This document shows positions 36,185 through 49,233 of a DNA stretch of 64,000 nucleotides, piece after piece. The stretch lies in NCBI RefSeq assembly GCF_001677475.2, contig NZ_CP015229.1. One strand, written 5' to 3'. The notes under the pieces were generated by a model. It worked only from the letters and a program-made list of their open reading frames with translations. It was not told the origin of the DNA and did no database searches. The stretch's first letter is position 1. Each line of letters begins with the position of its first letter. Made by a program: the position numbers and the translations under genes. The DNA is from Escherichia coli. Its GTDB lineage: Bacteria; Pseudomonadota; Gammaproteobacteria; Enterobacterales; Enterobacteriaceae.

Positions 36185-37264
36185 ATGCAAGCGGCAACTG
36201 TTGTGATTAACCGCCGCGCTCTGCGACACAACCTGCAACGTCTTCGTGAACTGGCTCCTGCCAGTAAAATGGTTGCGGTGGTGAAAGCGAACGCTTATGG
36301 TCACGGTCTTCTTGAGACCGCGCGAACGCTCCCCGATGCTGACGCCTTTGGCGTAGCCCGTCTCGAAGAAGCTCTGCGACTGCGTGCGGGGGGAATCACC
36401 AAACCTGTACTGTTACTCGAAGGCTTTTTTGATGCCAGAGATCTGCCGACGATTTCTGCGCAACATTTTCATACCGCTGTGCATAACGAAGAACAGCTTG
36501 CTGCGCTGGAAGAGGCTAGCCTGGACGAGCCGGTTACCGTCTGGATGAAACTCGATACGGGTATGCACCGTCTGGGCGTAAGGCCGGAACAGGCTGAGGC
36601 GTTTTATCATCGCCTGACACAGTGCAAAAACGTTCGTCAGCCGGTGAATATCGTCAGCCATTTTGCGCGCGCGGATGAACCAAAATGCGGCGCAACCGAG
36701 AAACAACTCGCTATCTTTAATACCTTTTGCGAAGGCAAACCTGGTCAACGTTCCATTGCCGCATCGGGTGGCATTTTACTCTGGCCACAGTCGCATTTTG
36801 ACTGGGTGCGCCCGGGCATTATTCTTTACGGTGTATCTCCGCTGGAAGATCGCTCCACCGGTGCCGATTTTGGCTGTCAGCCAGTGATGTCACTAACCTC
36901 CAGCCTGATTGCCGTGCGTGAGCATAAAGCCGGAGAACCTGTTGGTTATGGTGGAACCTGGGTAAGCGAACGTGATACCCGTCTTGGCGTAGTCGCGATG
37001 GGCTATGGCGATGGTTATCCGCGCGCCGCGCCGTCCGGTACGCCAGTGCTGGTGAACGGTCGCGAAGTGCCGATTGTCGGGCGCGTGGCGATGGATATGA
37101 TCTGCGTAGACTTAGGTCCACAGGCGCAGGATAAAGCCGGGGACCAGGTCATTTTGTGGGGTGAAGGTTTGCCCGTAGAACGTATCGCTGAAATGACAAA
37201 AGTGAGCGCTTACGAACTTATCACGCGCCTGACCTCAAGAGTCGCGATGAAATACGTGGATTAA
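36185..37264 (+). CDS. alr: Alanine racemase (biosynthetic)
   Basis: 359 aa with PLP-lysine motif [11 protein letters not shown]. Confidence 0.95.
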   Translation: MQAATVVINRRALRHNLQRLRELAPASKMVAVVKANAYGHGLLETARTLPDADAFGVARLEEALRLRAGGITKPVLLLEGFFDARDLPTISAQHFHTAVHNEEQLAALEEASLDEPVTVWMKLDTGMHRLGVRPEQAEAFYHRLTQCKNVRQPVNIVSHFARADEPKCGATEKQLAIFNTFCEGKPGQRSIAASGGILLWPQSHFDWVRPGIILYGVSPLEDRSTGADFGCQPVMSLTSSLIAVREHKAGEPVGYGGTWVSERDTRLGVVAMGYGDGYPRAAPSGTPVLVNGREVPIVGRVAMDMICVDLGPQAQDKAGDQVILWGEGLPVERIAEMTKVSAYELITRLTSRVAMKYVD

Positions 37265-37290
37265 TCGTTCTGTAATATTTGATTGTCTGT

Positions 37291-37320
37291 GCCGGATGCG
37301 GCGTGAATGCCTTATCCGGC
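37291..37320. repeat. REP element
   Basis: gccggatgcggcgtgaatgccttatccggc. Confidence 0.85.
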
Positions 37321-37516
37321 CAATAAAATCTTACTAATTCAATAAGTTGATATTCTTTCATGCTCTTATAAAGGTCGTGCATCTGGCGGATGTACGTTTG
37401 TCATGAGTCTCACTCTGTTGCTAATTGCCGCTCGCCCCTGAACATCCTCTCGATCTTCGCCTTCTTCCGGTTTATTGTGTTTTAACCACCTGCCCGTAAA
37501 CCTGGAGAACCATCGC

Positions 37517-38710
37517 GTGTTTCAAAAAGTTGACGCCTACGCTGGCGACCCGATTCTTACGCTTATGGAGCGTTTTAAAGAAGACCCTCGCAGCGACAAA
37601 GTGAATTTAAGTATCGGTCTGTACTACAACGAAGACGGAATTATTCCACAACTGAAAGCCGTGGCGGAGGCGGAAGCGCGCCTGAATGCGCAGCCTCATG
37701 GCGCTTCGCTTTATTTACCGATGGAAGGGCTTAACAGCTATCGCCATGCCATTGCGCCGCTACTGTTTGGTGCGGACCATCCGGTACTGCAACAACAGCG
37801 CGTAGCAACCATTCAAACCCTTGGCGGCTCAGGGGCATTGAAAGTGGGCGCAGATTTCCTGAAACGCTACTTCCCGGAATCAGGCGTCTGGGTCAGCGAT
37901 CCTACCTGGGAAAACCACGTAGCAATATTCGCCGGGGCTGGATTCGAAGTAAGTACTTACCCCTGGTATGACGAAGCGACTAACGGCGTGCGCTTTAATG
38001 ACCTGTTGGCGACGCTGAAAACATTACCTGCCCGCAGTATTGTGTTGCTGCACCCATGTTGCCACAACCCAACGGGGGCCGATCTCACTAATGATCAGTG
38101 GGATGCGGTGATTGAAATTCTCAAAGCCCGCGAGCTTATCCCATTCCTTGATATTGCCTATCAAGGATTTGGTGCCGGTATGGAAGAGGATGCCTACGCC
38201 ATTCGCGCCATTGCCAGCGCTGGATTACCCGCTCTGGTGAGCAATTCGTTCTCGAAAATTTTCTCCCTTTACGGCGAGCGCGTCGGCGGACTTTCTGTTA
38301 TGTGTGAAGATGCCGAAGCCGCTGGCCGCGTACTGGGGCAATTGAAAGCAACAGTTCGCCGCAACTACTCCAGCCCGCCGAATTTTGGTGCGCAGGTGGT
38401 GGCTGCGGTGCTGAATGACGAGGCATTGAAAGCCAACTGGCTGGCGGAAGTAGAAGAGATGCGTACTCGCATTCTGGCGATGCGTCAGGAACTGGTGAAG
38501 GTATTGAGCACAGAGATACCAGAACGCAATTTCGATTATCTGCTTAATCAGCGCGGTATGTTCAGTTATACCGGTTTAAGTGCCGCTCAGGTTGACCGAC
38601 TACGTGAAGAATTTGGTGTCTATCTCATCGCCAGCGGTCGCATGTGTGTCGCCGGGTTAAATACGGCAAATGTACAACGTGTGGCAAAGGCGTTTGCTGC
38701 GGTGATGTAA
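37517..38710 (+). CDS. tyrB: Aromatic-amino-acid aminotransferase
   Basis: GTG start gives [37 protein letters not shown] (397 aa); PLP motif [16 protein letters not shown]. Confidence 0.93.
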   Translation: MFQKVDAYAGDPILTLMERFKEDPRSDKVNLSIGLYYNEDGIIPQLKAVAEAEARLNAQPHGASLYLPMEGLNSYRHAIAPLLFGADHPVLQQQRVATIQTLGGSGALKVGADFLKRYFPESGVWVSDPTWENHVAIFAGAGFEVSTYPWYDEATNGVRFNDLLATLKTLPARSIVLLHPCCHNPTGADLTNDQWDAVIEILKARELIPFLDIAYQGFGAGMEEDAYAIRAIASAGLPALVSNSFSKIFSLYGERVGGLSVMCEDAEAAGRVLGQLKATVRRNYSSPPNFGAQVVAAVLNDEALKANWLAEVEEMRTRILAMRQELVKVLSTEIPERNFDYLLNQRGMFSYTGLSAAQVDRLREEFGVYLIASGRMCVAGLNTANVQRVAKAFAAVM

Positions 38711-38931
38711 TGCAGGAAAGCAGGCTGGAGTTACCCAGCCTGCAGTGAAATTAAACTGTCGTCGCTTTCACTCTTTCTTTGTAGATGATTTTTTTGATGC
38801 CATCGTTCTACGTGAGAGGTAATAAAACGTTGTTAGTTCTAACTTGTTAAGTTTATCCCAATGTTCTGGAGTGCTTTTCCCTGTTTTACCGTGTGGAGTA
38901 ATAATTTCTGCACATCTAACCATTATTAAAT

Positions 38932-39457
38932 TTAATAATAAGTATCGGGTTTGTTACGATAGAATTTTTCTATATCCTCAAGAATATGCTTTGCCTTATT
39001 GCCTGTGACTTTCTGAGATTCAATTATATCATCGTTAAATTCTAAAGTTAATGAGAACTCATTTTTTCCGCTTTGTGTAAGTTTAACATTATATTGCGTC
39101 GTAATTTTTAAATGAATATGTCCTGTAATGAGAATAATCACTTTTAGTTACCTCAGCAAAACAGCAAAGTGTGCAAATATACATACAATCTTTCTTACCC
39201 CTGATTTTGTTAACTAAATCAATAAATGCGTGAAAAAGTTTATTTGCAATAGAACTTGATGCTTCTTCTCCAGGTCTACAAAAATCTTTTGCAATTTTTA
39301 ACTGTGTTTCTATATATAAAAAGAGATCTTTGGCATAAGAGAAATCTTTATTATTTAGTGCATCTAGCTCAACAGGTAAAGATGTCGTTTTGTTGCTATT
39401 CACATATGATATATTCATATCATCATCTCCATCGGGAGTAATAAAATTAATCACCAT
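38932..39457 (-). pseudogene. AT-rich hypothetical gene apparently split by a frameshift (yjbS region)
   Basis: Two minus-strand ORFs in different frames overlap at 39089-39141: 39089-39457 (122 aa) and 38932-39141 (69 aa, MIILITGHIHLKITTQYN...). Together they look like one ancestral gene of about 190 aa. Confidence 0.45.
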
Positions 39458-39540
39458 TGTTGGGTAAGCGGCTGGTCAATCAGAAATCATCTTTATAAAC
39501 TTCGATTGTTTTTGTAATGCTGTATCATTAAGTTCATTAA

Positions 39541-40533
<993 letters not shown>

Positions 40534-40539
40534 CAGAGC

Positions 40540-40576
40540 GGGAGAGCGTGATGCTCTCCCGAATGCTGTTTTTTTA
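40540..40576 (+). terminator. Rho-independent terminator of aphA
   Basis: Hairpin gggagagcgtgatgctctccc followed by a T7 run. Confidence 0.8.
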
Positions 40577-40643
40577 ATCACACCTTTATCCTTTCGCTGT
40601 CTTGCTGCAAACTGATTAAGAGAGTTTTATCAAGGAGCAGCAC

Positions 40644-41060
40644 ATGTGGTATCAAAAGACGCTCACGCTTAGCGCCAAATCTCGTGGGTTTCATCTGGTA
40701 ACGGATGAAATTCTGAATCAGCTGGCTGATATGCCGCGCGTTAACATCGGCTTACTGCATCTGTTGCTGCAACATACCTCCGCCTCTCTGACACTTAATG
40801 AGAACTGCGATCCCACCGTACGCCACGACATGGAGCGTTTTTTCCTCCGCACCGTTCCCGACAACGGAAATTATGAGCATGACTATGAGGGAGCAGACGA
40901 TATGCCTTCTCATATCAAATCCTCAATGCTGGGAACATCGCTTGTATTGCCGGTGCATAAAGGGCGTATTCAGACCGGCACCTGGCAAGGCATCTGGCTG
41001 GGGGAACATCGCATCCACGGCGGATCGCGTCGCATCATCGCGACACTACAAGGGGAGTAA
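40644..41060 (+). CDS. yjbQ: UPF0047/YjbQ-family protein
   Basis: 138-aa conserved ORF ([23 protein letters not shown]...). Confidence 0.85.
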
Positions 41061-41063
41061 AAA

Positions 41064-41420
41064 ATGACCATTTCGGAGTTGCTACAATATTGCATGGCAA
41101 AACCAGGTGCAGAACAGAGCGTGCATAACGACTGGAAAGCGACGCAGATCAAAGTGGAAGATGTACTGTTTGCGATGGTGAAAGAAGTAGAAAATCGCCC
41201 CGCTGTTTCGCTGAAAACCAGCCCGGAGCTGGCGGAGCTGCTACGTCAGCAGCACAGCGATGTGCGTCCAAGCCGCCATCTGAATAAAGCGCACTGGAGC
41301 ACCGTGTATCTCGACGGTTCGCTGCCAGATTCGCAAATCTATTATCTGGTGGATGCGTCTTATCAGCAGGCGGTGAATTTGCTGCCGGAAGAAAAACGTA
41401 AATTGCTGGTGCAACTCTGA
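41064..41420 (+). CDS. yjbR: YjbR-family (MmcQ/YjbR-like) protein
   Basis: 118-aa ORF 3 bp after yjbQ. Confidence 0.8.
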   Translation: MTISELLQYCMAKPGAEQSVHNDWKATQIKVEDVLFAMVKEVENRPAVSLKTSPELAELLRQQHSDVRPSRHLNKAHWSTVYLDGSLPDSQIYYLVDASYQQAVNLLPEEKRKLLVQL

Positions 41421-41426
41421 AAGGAA

Positions 41427-41449
41427 AAGGCCGCTCAGAAAGCGGCCTT
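41427..41449. terminator. Bidirectional hairpin between convergent yjbR and uvrA
   Basis: aaggccgctcagaaagcggcctt. Confidence 0.6.
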
Positions 41450-41454
41450 AACGA

Positions 41455-44277
41455 TTACAGCATCGGCTTGAGGAAGCGTGCCGTATGCGAAGCTTCGCAC
41501 TCTGCGACGGTTTCTGGCGTACCGGAGACGAGGATCTCGCCGCCCCCACTGCCGCCTTCCGGTCCCAGGTCGACAATCCAGTCAGCGGTTTTGATCACGT
41601 CGAGATTGTGCTCAATCACCACAATGGTATTGCCCTGATCGCGCAGTTTATGCAGTACGTCGAGCAGTTGCTGAATATCGGCGAAGTGCAGACCGGTGGT
41701 CGGCTCGTCGAGAATATACAGCGTCTGCCCAGTGCCGCGTTTTGACAGCTCACGCGCCAGCTTCACGCGCTGGGCTTCACCACCAGAAAGCGTGGTTGCG
41801 GACTGCCCGAGGCGAATGTACGTCAGGCCAACGTCCATCAACGTTTGCAGCTTACGCGCCAGAGCTGGCACCGCATCAAAGAACTCACGCGCCTCTTCGA
41901 TGGTCATATCCAGCACTTCGTGGATGGTTTTGCCTTTGTACTTAATCTCCAGCGTTTCACGGTTATAGCGTTTGCCTTTGCACTGGTCGCACGGTACGTA
42001 GATATCCGGCAGGAAGTGCATCTCCACTTTGATCACACCGTCGCCCTGACAGGCTTCGCAGCGTCCGCCACGGACGTTAAAGCTGAAACGTCCTGGCGTA
42101 TAACCGCGCGCACGGGATTCCGGTACGCCCGCAAACAGTTCGCGCACAGGCGTAAACACGCCGGTATAGGTCGCCGGGTTAGAACGCGGAGTACGACCAA
42201 TTGGGCTTTGGTCGATATCGATCACTTTATCGAAATGCTCCAGCCCCTGAATATCGCGATACGGTGCCGGTTCGGCAATGGTCGCACCATTCAACTGGCG
42301 TTGGGCAATCGGGAACAGTGTGTCGTTAATCAGCGTCGATTTACCGGAACCTGAAACCCCTGTGATGCAGGTAAACAGACCGACTGGTAGCGTCAGCGTC
42401 ACGTCTTTCAGGTTATTACCGCGTGCGCCTGTCAGCTTCAGCACTTTTTCCGGATTCGCCGGAACGCGTTTCTTCGGCACCTCAATCTTGCGTTTACCGC
42501 TCATGTACTGCCCGGTCAACGACTCAGGCACCGCCATAATCGCTTCCAGTGGACCTTCCGCGACCACTTCACCGCCGTGAACACCCGCACCAGGACCGAT
42601 ATCGATCACATGGTCAGCGGCGCGAATCGCGTCTTCGTCGTGCTCCACCACAATCACGGTATTACCGAGATCGCGCAGATGGATAAGCGTACCCAACAGG
42701 CGCTCGTTATCGCGCTGGTGCAGGCCGATAGACGGCTCGTCCAGTACATACATTACGCCAACCAAGCCCGCACCAATCTGGCTCGCCAGACGAATACGCT
42801 GGGCTTCACCGCCAGAAAGTGTTTCTGCCGAGCGGGAAAGTGTCAGGTAATTCAGGCCGACGTTAACGAGGAATTTCAGGCGATCACCAATCTCTTTAAG
42901 GATTTTTTCCGCAATCTTCGCCCGCTGACCTGCGAGTTTGAGATTGTTGAAGAATTCCATCGCATGACCGATGCTCATGTCGGAGATAGCAGGTAGCGGC
43001 GTATTCTCGACATAAACGTGGCGCGCTTCCCGACGCAGACGCGTCCCTTCGCAGCTGGCGCACGGACGATTGCTGATAAACTTGGCTAATTCTTCACGTA
43101 CCGCACTGGATTCCGTCTCTTTATAACGGCGCTCCATATTGTGCAGCACGCCTTCGAACGGATGACGACGAATGGAGGTATCGCCACGATCGTTCATGTA
43201 TTTGAATTCAATATTTTCTTTGCCAGAACCGTACAACACCACTTTATGCACATTCGCGCTCAGGCTGCCCCACGGCGCTTCGACGTCGAACTTATAGTGA
43301 TCTGCCAGCGATTTCAGCATCTGGAAGTAATAGAAGTTGCGGCGATCCCAGCCTCGGATCGCACCACCTGCCAGCGACAGTTCCGGATTCTGGATCACGC
43401 GGTCAGGATCGAAATATTGCTGTACGCCAAGGCCGTCACAGGTCGGGCAGGCACCCGCCGGGTTGTTAAACGAAAACAGGCGTGGTTCCAGTTCACGCAT
43501 ACTGTAGCCGCAAATTGGGCAGGCGAAGTTGGCGGAAAATAGCAGCTCTTCCGCTTTTGGATCGTCCATATCGGCAACTACCGCGGTACCACCGGAAAGC
43601 TCCAGCGCGGTTTCAAACGACTCTGCCAGACGTTGGGTGAGATCGTCACGCACCTTGAAGCGATCAACCACCACTTCAATGGTATGTTTCTTTTGCAGCT
43701 CCAGTTTCGGCGGATCGGAAAGATCGCAGACTTCGCCATCAATACGAGCACGGATGTAACCCTGGCTTGCCAGGTTCTCCAGCGTTTTGGTGTGTTCGCC
43801 TTTGCGCTCTTTAATGATTGGCGCGAGCAGCATCAGACGCTTGCCTTCCGGCTGGGACAACACGTTATCCACCATCTGACTGACGGTTTGCGCCGCCAGC
43901 GGTACATCGTGGTCCGGGCAGCGCGGCTCACCAACGCGAGCGTACAGCAGACGCAAATAGTCGTGGATTTCGGTGATTGTCCCCACCGTAGAGCGCGGGT
44001 TATGAGACGTCGATTTCTGCTCAATTGAGATGGCAGGAGAAAGCCCCTCAATATGGTCGACGTCCGGCTTTTCCATCAGTGACAGAAACTGCCGCGCGTA
44101 GGCGGAAAGGGATTCAACGTAACGGCGCTGCCCTTCGGCATATAAGGTGTCGAAAGCGAGCGAGGATTTGCCAGAACCCGAAAGCCCAGTCACGACAATG
44201 AGCTTGTCGCGGGGGATAACGAGGTTGATGTTTTTGAGATTATGGGTGCGGGCGCCCCGAACTTCGATCTTATCCAT
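41455..44277 (-). CDS. uvrA: Excinuclease ABC subunit A
   Basis: 940 aa, [50 protein letters not shown], with two ABC ATPase modules and zinc fingers. Confidence 0.98.
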   Translation of the reverse strand: MDKIEVRGARTHNLKNINLVIPRDKLIVVTGLSGSGKSSLAFDTLYAEGQRRYVESLSAYARQFLSLMEKPDVDHIEGLSPAISIEQKSTSHNPRSTVGTITEIHDYLRLLYARVGEPRCPDHDVPLAAQTVSQMVDNVLSQPEGKRLMLLAPIIKERKGEHTKTLENLASQGYIRARIDGEVCDLSDPPKLELQKKHTIEVVVDRFKVRDDLTQRLAESFETALELSGGTAVVADMDDPKAEELLFSANFACPICGYSMRELEPRLFSFNNPAGACPTCDGLGVQQYFDPDRVIQNPELSLAGGAIRGWDRRNFYYFQMLKSLADHYKFDVEAPWGSLSANVHKVVLYGSGKENIEFKYMNDRGDTSIRRHPFEGVLHNMERRYKETESSAVREELAKFISNRPCASCEGTRLRREARHVYVENTPLPAISDMSIGHAMEFFNNLKLAGQRAKIAEKILKEIGDRLKFLVNVGLNYLTLSRSAETLSGGEAQRIRLASQIGAGLVGVMYVLDEPSIGLHQRDNERLLGTLIHLRDLGNTVIVVEHDEDAIRAADHVIDIGPGAGVHGGEVVAEGPLEAIMAVPESLTGQYMSGKRKIEVPKKRVPANPEKVLKLTGARGNNLKDVTLTLPVGLFTCITGVSGSGKSTLINDTLFPIAQRQLNGATIAEPAPYRDIQGLEHFDKVIDIDQSPIGRTPRSNPATYTGVFTPVRELFAGVPESRARGYTPGRFSFNVRGGRCEACQGDGVIKVEMHFLPDIYVPCDQCKGKRYNRETLEIKYKGKTIHEVLDMTIEEAREFFDAVPALARKLQTLMDVGLTYIRLGQSATTLSGGEAQRVKLARELSKRGTGQTLYILDEPTTGLHFADIQQLLDVLHKLRDQGNTIVVIEHNLDVIKTADWIVDLGPEGGSGGGEILVSGTPETVAECEASHTARFLKPML

Positions 44278-44362
44278 TCACCTTTCCCGGATTAAACGCT
44301 TTTTTGCCCGGTGGCATGGTGCTACCGGCGATCACAAACGGTTAATTATGACACAAATTAAC

Positions 44363-44378
44363 CTGAATGAATATACAG
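44363..44378. promoter_or_regulatory. LexA operator (SOS box) shared by the divergent uvrA and ssb promoters
   Basis: ctgaatgaatatacag (minus-strand CTGTATATTCATTCAG), CTGT-N8-ACAG. Confidence 0.9.
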
Positions 44379-44531
44379 TATTGGAATGCATTACCCGGAG
44401 TGTTGTGTAACAATGTCTGGCCAGGTTTGTTTCCCGGAACCGAGGTCACAACATAGTAAAAGCGCTATTGGTAATGGTACAATCGCGCGTTTACACTTAT
44501 TCAGAACGATTTTTTTTCAGGAGACACGAAC

Positions 44532-45068
44532 ATGGCCAGCAGAGGCGTAAACAAGGTTATTCTCGTTGGTAATCTGGGTCAGGACCCGGAAGTACGCTAC
44601 ATGCCAAATGGTGGCGCAGTTGCCAACATTACGCTGGCTACTTCCGAATCCTGGCGTGATAAAGCGACCGGCGAGATGAAAGAGCAGACTGAATGGCACC
44701 GCGTTGTGCTGTTCGGCAAACTGGCAGAAGTAGCCAGCGAATATCTGCGTAAAGGTTCTCAGGTTTATATCGAAGGTCAGCTGCGTACCCGCAAATGGAC
44801 CGATCAATCCGGTCAGGATCGCTACACCACAGAAGTCGTGGTGAACGTTGGCGGCACCATGCAGATGCTGGGTGGTCGTCAGGGTGGTGGCGCTCCTGCA
44901 GGTGGCAATATCGGTGGTGGTCAGCCGCAGGGCGGTTGGGGTCAGCCTCAGCAGCCGCAGGGCGGCAATCAGTTCAGCGGCGGCGCGCAGTCTCGCCCGC
45001 AGCAGTCCGCTCCGGCAGCACCGTCTAACGAGCCGCCGATGGACTTTGATGACGATATTCCCTTCTAA
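44532..45068 (+). CDS. ssb: Single-stranded DNA-binding protein
   Basis: 178 aa, [44 protein letters not shown]..., Gly/Gln-rich linker and acidic tip DFDDDIPF. Confidence 0.98.
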   Translation: MASRGVNKVILVGNLGQDPEVRYMPNGGAVANITLATSESWRDKATGEMKEQTEWHRVVLFGKLAEVASEYLRKGSQVYIEGQLRTRKWTDQSGQDRYTTEVVVNVGGTMQMLGGRQGGGAPAGGNIGGGQPQGGWGQPQQPQGGNQFSGGAQSRPQQSAPAAPSNEPPMDFDDDIPF

Positions 45069-45118
45069 GAATCTGCGTCTTTGGTGTTGAGATCTCTCAA
45101 CGCGAAACATATGCGTAC

Positions 45119-45145
45119 AGGAGCCGAAAATGAATTTCGGCTCCT
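45119..45145. terminator. Hairpin between convergent ssb and the 193-aa orphan ORF
   Basis: aggagccgaaaatgaatttcggctcct; no strong U-tract. Confidence 0.5.
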
Positions 45146-45179
45146 GAAATAGTCAAGGATTGTTCCTCTCATTAATTTA

Positions 45180-45761
45180 TTATTCCGGGTTATACAAAAT
45201 ATTCAGTTTTGCACCTTGTACCAGTTTATATTCTTTATACTCTCTTTCTACTTCATGTCGCTCGGCTTTGTTTAACTGTGTGGTCAATTTTCTAAGGTTT
45301 TCAACAACAATAGCCATATTTAATTCTTCAGGAAGCGATCTTGTTTCACTCCATTTTTTTCCGTGTAAAAACCCGCCATGGTCTATATTAAAATGGGTTT
45401 CCTCTACACTGAATATTATTTTTGTGCCTAGCCCATCTTGTCTGATGGATACAGTTTGGCGTAAATAATCATTTTGAGAAATAAAATTTATATCTTTGGG
45501 GGTTCCATCAATATTGGACTCGAAAGAGGTTACTTCTGCCATGAGTTTAGATACTCGCTGAGAATTAAACTCGACTTTCCCATGCGTGATGAAATGAATA
45601 AGATCCTTCAAGAGATTTGTAAAACCATCAATCTTTTTATAAATAACTGCGTTTAATTTTGATGAATTTGCAAATTTTTTATCTGCTTTAACCAGGTCAT
45701 TCTGAAATTGCTCCAGTGTTATTTTATTTTGAGTTCCTATATTATTATTATATATCGTCAT
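45180..45761 (-). CDS. Hypothetical 193-aa protein, AT-rich orphan ORF convergent with ssb
   Basis: Strong RBS (aaaggagaagatcATG); no stops over 582 bp in AT-rich DNA; soluble, charged, no recognisable motif (MTIYNNNIGTQNKITLEQFQNDLVKADKKF...). Confidence 0.6.
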   Translation of the reverse strand: MTIYNNNIGTQNKITLEQFQNDLVKADKKFANSSKLNAVIYKKIDGFTNLLKDLIHFITHGKVEFNSQRVSKLMAEVTSFESNIDGTPKDINFISQNDYLRQTVSIRQDGLGTKIIFSVEETHFNIDHGGFLHGKKWSETRSLPEELNMAIVVENLRKLTTQLNKAERHEVEREYKEYKLVQGAKLNILYNPE

Positions 45762-46032
45762 GATCTTCTCCTTTATAATTTATTGAGAACATTACGTTGG
45801 ACGTTAGGTAGTACAATTTATTTGTTTTCATCCTAGCCTTAATCAAATTTTGAACTATCAAAAATTGCTCATTTGTATAAAATTCAGCAAGGAGGTGGCG
45901 AAGATAGTGAAGATGCTAAGCGTACAACACCTTCAAGCGTTGATTAAAAGAAAGTGCGATATGTGATGATAGGGCGGCCGAGGAAGCTATTCATCGACCG
46001 CTTGTGAAGGGATAAAAGTCAAGAAAGTGAAA

Positions 46033-46314
46033 TCAGGTCAAAATCATTGGCCATTGTGGCGGTGTCTGATTCATCTCTTCAATCATCACCGACTCGATGT
46101 TGTGCCAGATGGCGGTGATATCCGCCATTGTGATGCCAAGCAACCCCATTGCGAACCAGCAGGCGGAAACCACGCCCAGACCGCTGCTGATCACTGCAAG
46201 CCCGACATAATCAGACCGACGAAAACGGATGTTGAGCGTGCTGGCCAGAAACATCATTACGGCACTAAGAAGTTGCCAGCGAAGAAGAACCACGCCAGTG
46301 GTGAGGGTAGCCAT
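46033..46314 (-). CDS. yjcB: Small inner-membrane protein YjcB
   Basis: 93 aa from MATLTTGVVLLRWQLLSAVMMFLASTLNIRF, two predicted TM segments; RBS gagg. The track ORF is extended upstream. Confidence 0.75.
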   Translation of the reverse strand: MATLTTGVVLLRWQLLSAVMMFLASTLNIRFRRSDYVGLAVISSGLGVVSACWFAMGLLGITMADITAIWHNIESVMIEEMNQTPPQWPMILT

Positions 46315-46774
46315 CAAACAATTCCTCTGAAAAGAGCCGATGCCCTGGACAGCGCGGCGTTGTTCACGGGAGGCGTGGTACACTCTGGCTATCGCGGGGC
46401 TTGCAGGACACAAAAATGAAACACTCTGTTTGTTTCATTAATTTTGTGAACTATATCACAATTGATTGTTTGTTAGCCAGATTAGGCCGTGACTTTTATT
46501 GCTGTACAGATTATGTGGTTTTTCAGTGGCATTAAGGGCATATCTTCCCGCCGCCTCTGCATTCCTGTAGAAAATTAATTTGAATATCAATCAATTATTT
46601 TTATCCAGGTGACCATTAAAAAGGTATCAATTTCAAATCAGGCAAAAGTGCTATTTATACCGTAAGATTTATCTAAAGACGTCGGTAGTCAGGGTTTCAC
46701 CTTGCAATGACCGGGTATAAACAGGCAGGAAATTGATAGCAATGAGTCATCATGCATGACACCAATTACTGGCG

Positions 46775-48328
46775 TTGCCGGGCATTATCTTTTTAGTTCT
46801 CTTTCCCATCATTCTGTCGCTATGGATTGCCTTCCTTTGGGCAAAATCAGAAGTGAATAGTCAGCTCCAAACTTTTGCTCAACTGGCACTGGATAAATCC
46901 GAGCTGGTCATTCGCCAGGCAGATTTAGTGAGCGATGCTGCTGAACGCTATCAGGGGCAAGTTTGCACTCCAGCCCATCAAAAGCGAATGTTGAATATTA
47001 TTCGTGGCTATCTTTATATTAATGAATTGATCTATGCCCGTGATAACCATTTTTTATGCTCATCGCTGATAGCGCCTGTAAACGGCTATACGATTGCACC
47101 GGCCGATTATAAGCGTGAACCTAACGTTTCTATCTATTATTACCGCGATACGCCTTTTTTCTCTGGCTATAAAATGACCTATATGCAGCGGGGAAATTAT
47201 GTGGCGGTCATCAACCCTCTCTTCTGGAGTGAAGTGATGTCTGATGATCCGACATTGCAATGGGGTGTGTATGATACGGTAACGAAAACCTTTTTCTCGT
47301 TAAGCAACGAGGCCTCGGCAGCAACGTTTTCTCCGCTGATTCATTTGAATGATTTAACCGTACAAAGAAATGGCTATTTATATGCGACAGTTTATTCGAC
47401 AAAACGCCCAATTGCAGCCATTGTTGCGACTTCATATCAACGTCTTATAGCCCATTTTTATAATCATCTTATTTTTGCGTTACCCGCCGGTATTTTGGGG
47501 AGTCTTGTTCTGCTATTACTCTGGCTACGTATTCGACAAAACTATTTGTCTCCCAAACGTAAATTGCAACGCGCCCTCGAAAAACATCAACTTTGTCTTT
47601 ATTACCAGCCAATAATCGATATCAAAACAGAAAAATGTACTGGCGCTGAAGCGTTGTTACGTTGGCCTGGTGAGCAGGGGCAAGTAATGAATCCGGCAGA
47701 GTTTATTCCGCTGGCAGAAAAGGAGGGGATGATAGAACAGGTAACTGATTATGTTATTGATAATGTCTTCCGCGATCTGGGCGCGTACCTGGCAACACAT
47801 ACCGATCGCTATGTTTCTATTAACCTGTCGGCCTCCGATTTTCATACGTCACGGTTGATAGCGCGAATCAATCAGAAAACAGAGCAACATGCGGTGCGCC
47901 CGCAGCAAATTAAATTTGAAGTGACTGAACATGCATTTCTTGATGTCGACAAAATGACGCCGATTATTCTGGCTTTCCGCCAGGCTGGTTACGAAGTGGC
48001 AATTGATGATTTTGGTATTGGCTACTCTAACTTGCATAACCTTAAATCATTGAATGTCGATATTTTGAAAATCGATAAATCGTTTGTTGAGACGCTGACC
48101 ACCCATAAAACCAGTCATTTGATTGCGGAACATATCATCGAGCTGGCGCACAGCCTGGGATTAAAAACGATCGCTGAAGGCGTCGAAACTGAGGAACAGG
48201 TTAACTGGCTGCGCAAACGCGGCGTGCGCTATTGCCAGGGATGGTTCTTTGCGAAGGCGATGCCGCCGCAGGTGTTTATGCAATGGATGGAGCAATTACC
48301 CGCGCGGGAGTTAACGCGCGGGCAATAA
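46775..48328 (+). CDS. pdeC: Membrane-anchored c-di-GMP phosphodiesterase (CSS-motif sensor plus EAL domain), PdeC/YjcC-like
   Basis: N-terminal TM anchor, periplasmic CSS domain, second TM, C-terminal EAL domain (EALLRWP...[10 protein letters not shown]). Start is the track's TTG; an in-frame ATG at 46742 is followed by TGA at 46757. Confidence 0.85.
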
Positions 48329-48330
48329 AA

Positions 48331-48654
48331 CTACAGGCGGTGGCGATAATCGCTGGGAGTGCGATCAAACTGCCGACGGAAAACGCGGGAGAAGGTCTGC
48401 TGCGAGACATAACCCAGGTCCATTGCGATATCAAAAATCGGACGCTCGGTGGTGCGCAACTCAACGGCGGCCAGTAACAGGCGGCGTTGGCGAATGTAAT
48501 CACCAAGTGTCTGATGCGTCACCGTGCGGAACATCCGCTGTAAGTACCACTTTGAATAGCCTGATTTTTTTGCGACGACATCAATGTTAAGCGGCTGGTC
48601 AATATGCTCGTCAATCCATGCGATAAGATCCTGAATAATTTTCTGATGGGACAT
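48331..48654 (-). CDS. soxS: Superoxide-response AraC-family activator SoxS
   Basis: 107 aa, MSHQKIIQDLIAWIDEHIDQPLNIDVVAKKSGYSKWYLQRMFR. Confidence 0.97.
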   Translation of the reverse strand: MSHQKIIQDLIAWIDEHIDQPLNIDVVAKKSGYSKWYLQRMFRTVTHQTLGDYIRQRRLLLAAVELRTTERPIFDIAMDLGYVSQQTFSRVFRRQFDRTPSDYRHRL

Positions 48655-48710
48655 AAATCTGCCTCTTTTCAGTGTTCAGTTCGTTAATTCATCTGTTGGG
48701 GAGTATAATT

Positions 48711-48728
48711 CCTCAAGTTAACTTGAGG
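48711..48728. promoter_or_regulatory. SoxR operator within the soxS promoter
   Basis: Perfect palindrome cctcaagttaacttgagg between divergent soxS and soxR. Confidence 0.9.
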
Positions 48729-48739
48729 TAAAGCGATTT

Positions 48740-49204
48740 ATGGAAAAGAAATTACCCCGCATTAAAGCGCTGCTAACCCCCGGCGAAGTGGCAAAACGCA
48801 GCGGTGTGGCGGTATCGGCGCTGCATTTCTATGAAAGCAAAGGGTTGATTAGCAGTATCCGTAATAGTGGCAATCAGCGGCGATATAAACGTGATGTGTT
48901 GCGATATGTCGCAATTATCAAAATCGCTCAGCGTATTGGCATTCCTCTCGCGACCATTGGTGAAGCGTTTGGCGTATTGCCCGAAGGGCATACGTTAAGT
49001 GCGAAAGAGTGGAAACAGCTTTCGTCCCAATGGCGAGAAGAGTTAGATCGGCGCATTCATACCTTAGTGGCGCTGCGTGACGAACTGGACGGATGTATTG
49101 GTTGTGGCTGCCTTTCGCGCAGTGATTGCCCGTTGCGTAACCCGGGCGACCGCTTAGGAGAAGAAGGTACCGGCGCACGCTTGCTGGAAGATGAACAAAA
49201 CTAA
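48740..49204 (+). CDS. soxR: Redox-sensing MerR-family regulator SoxR
   Basis: 154 aa; MerR HTH; [2Fe-2S] cysteine cluster [16 protein letters not shown]. Confidence 0.97.
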   Translation: MEKKLPRIKALLTPGEVAKRSGVAVSALHFYESKGLISSIRNSGNQRRYKRDVLRYVAIIKIAQRIGIPLATIGEAFGVLPEGHTLSAKEWKQLSSQWREELDRRIHTLVALRDELDGCIGCGCLSRSDCPLRNPGDRLGEEGTGARLLEDEQN

Positions 49205-49233
49205 AGCGCCACAAGGGCGCTTTAGTTTGTTTT
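49202..49233 (+). terminator. Terminator of soxR
   Basis: Hairpin taaagcgccacaagggcgcttta followed by a T-rich tract. Confidence 0.7.
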
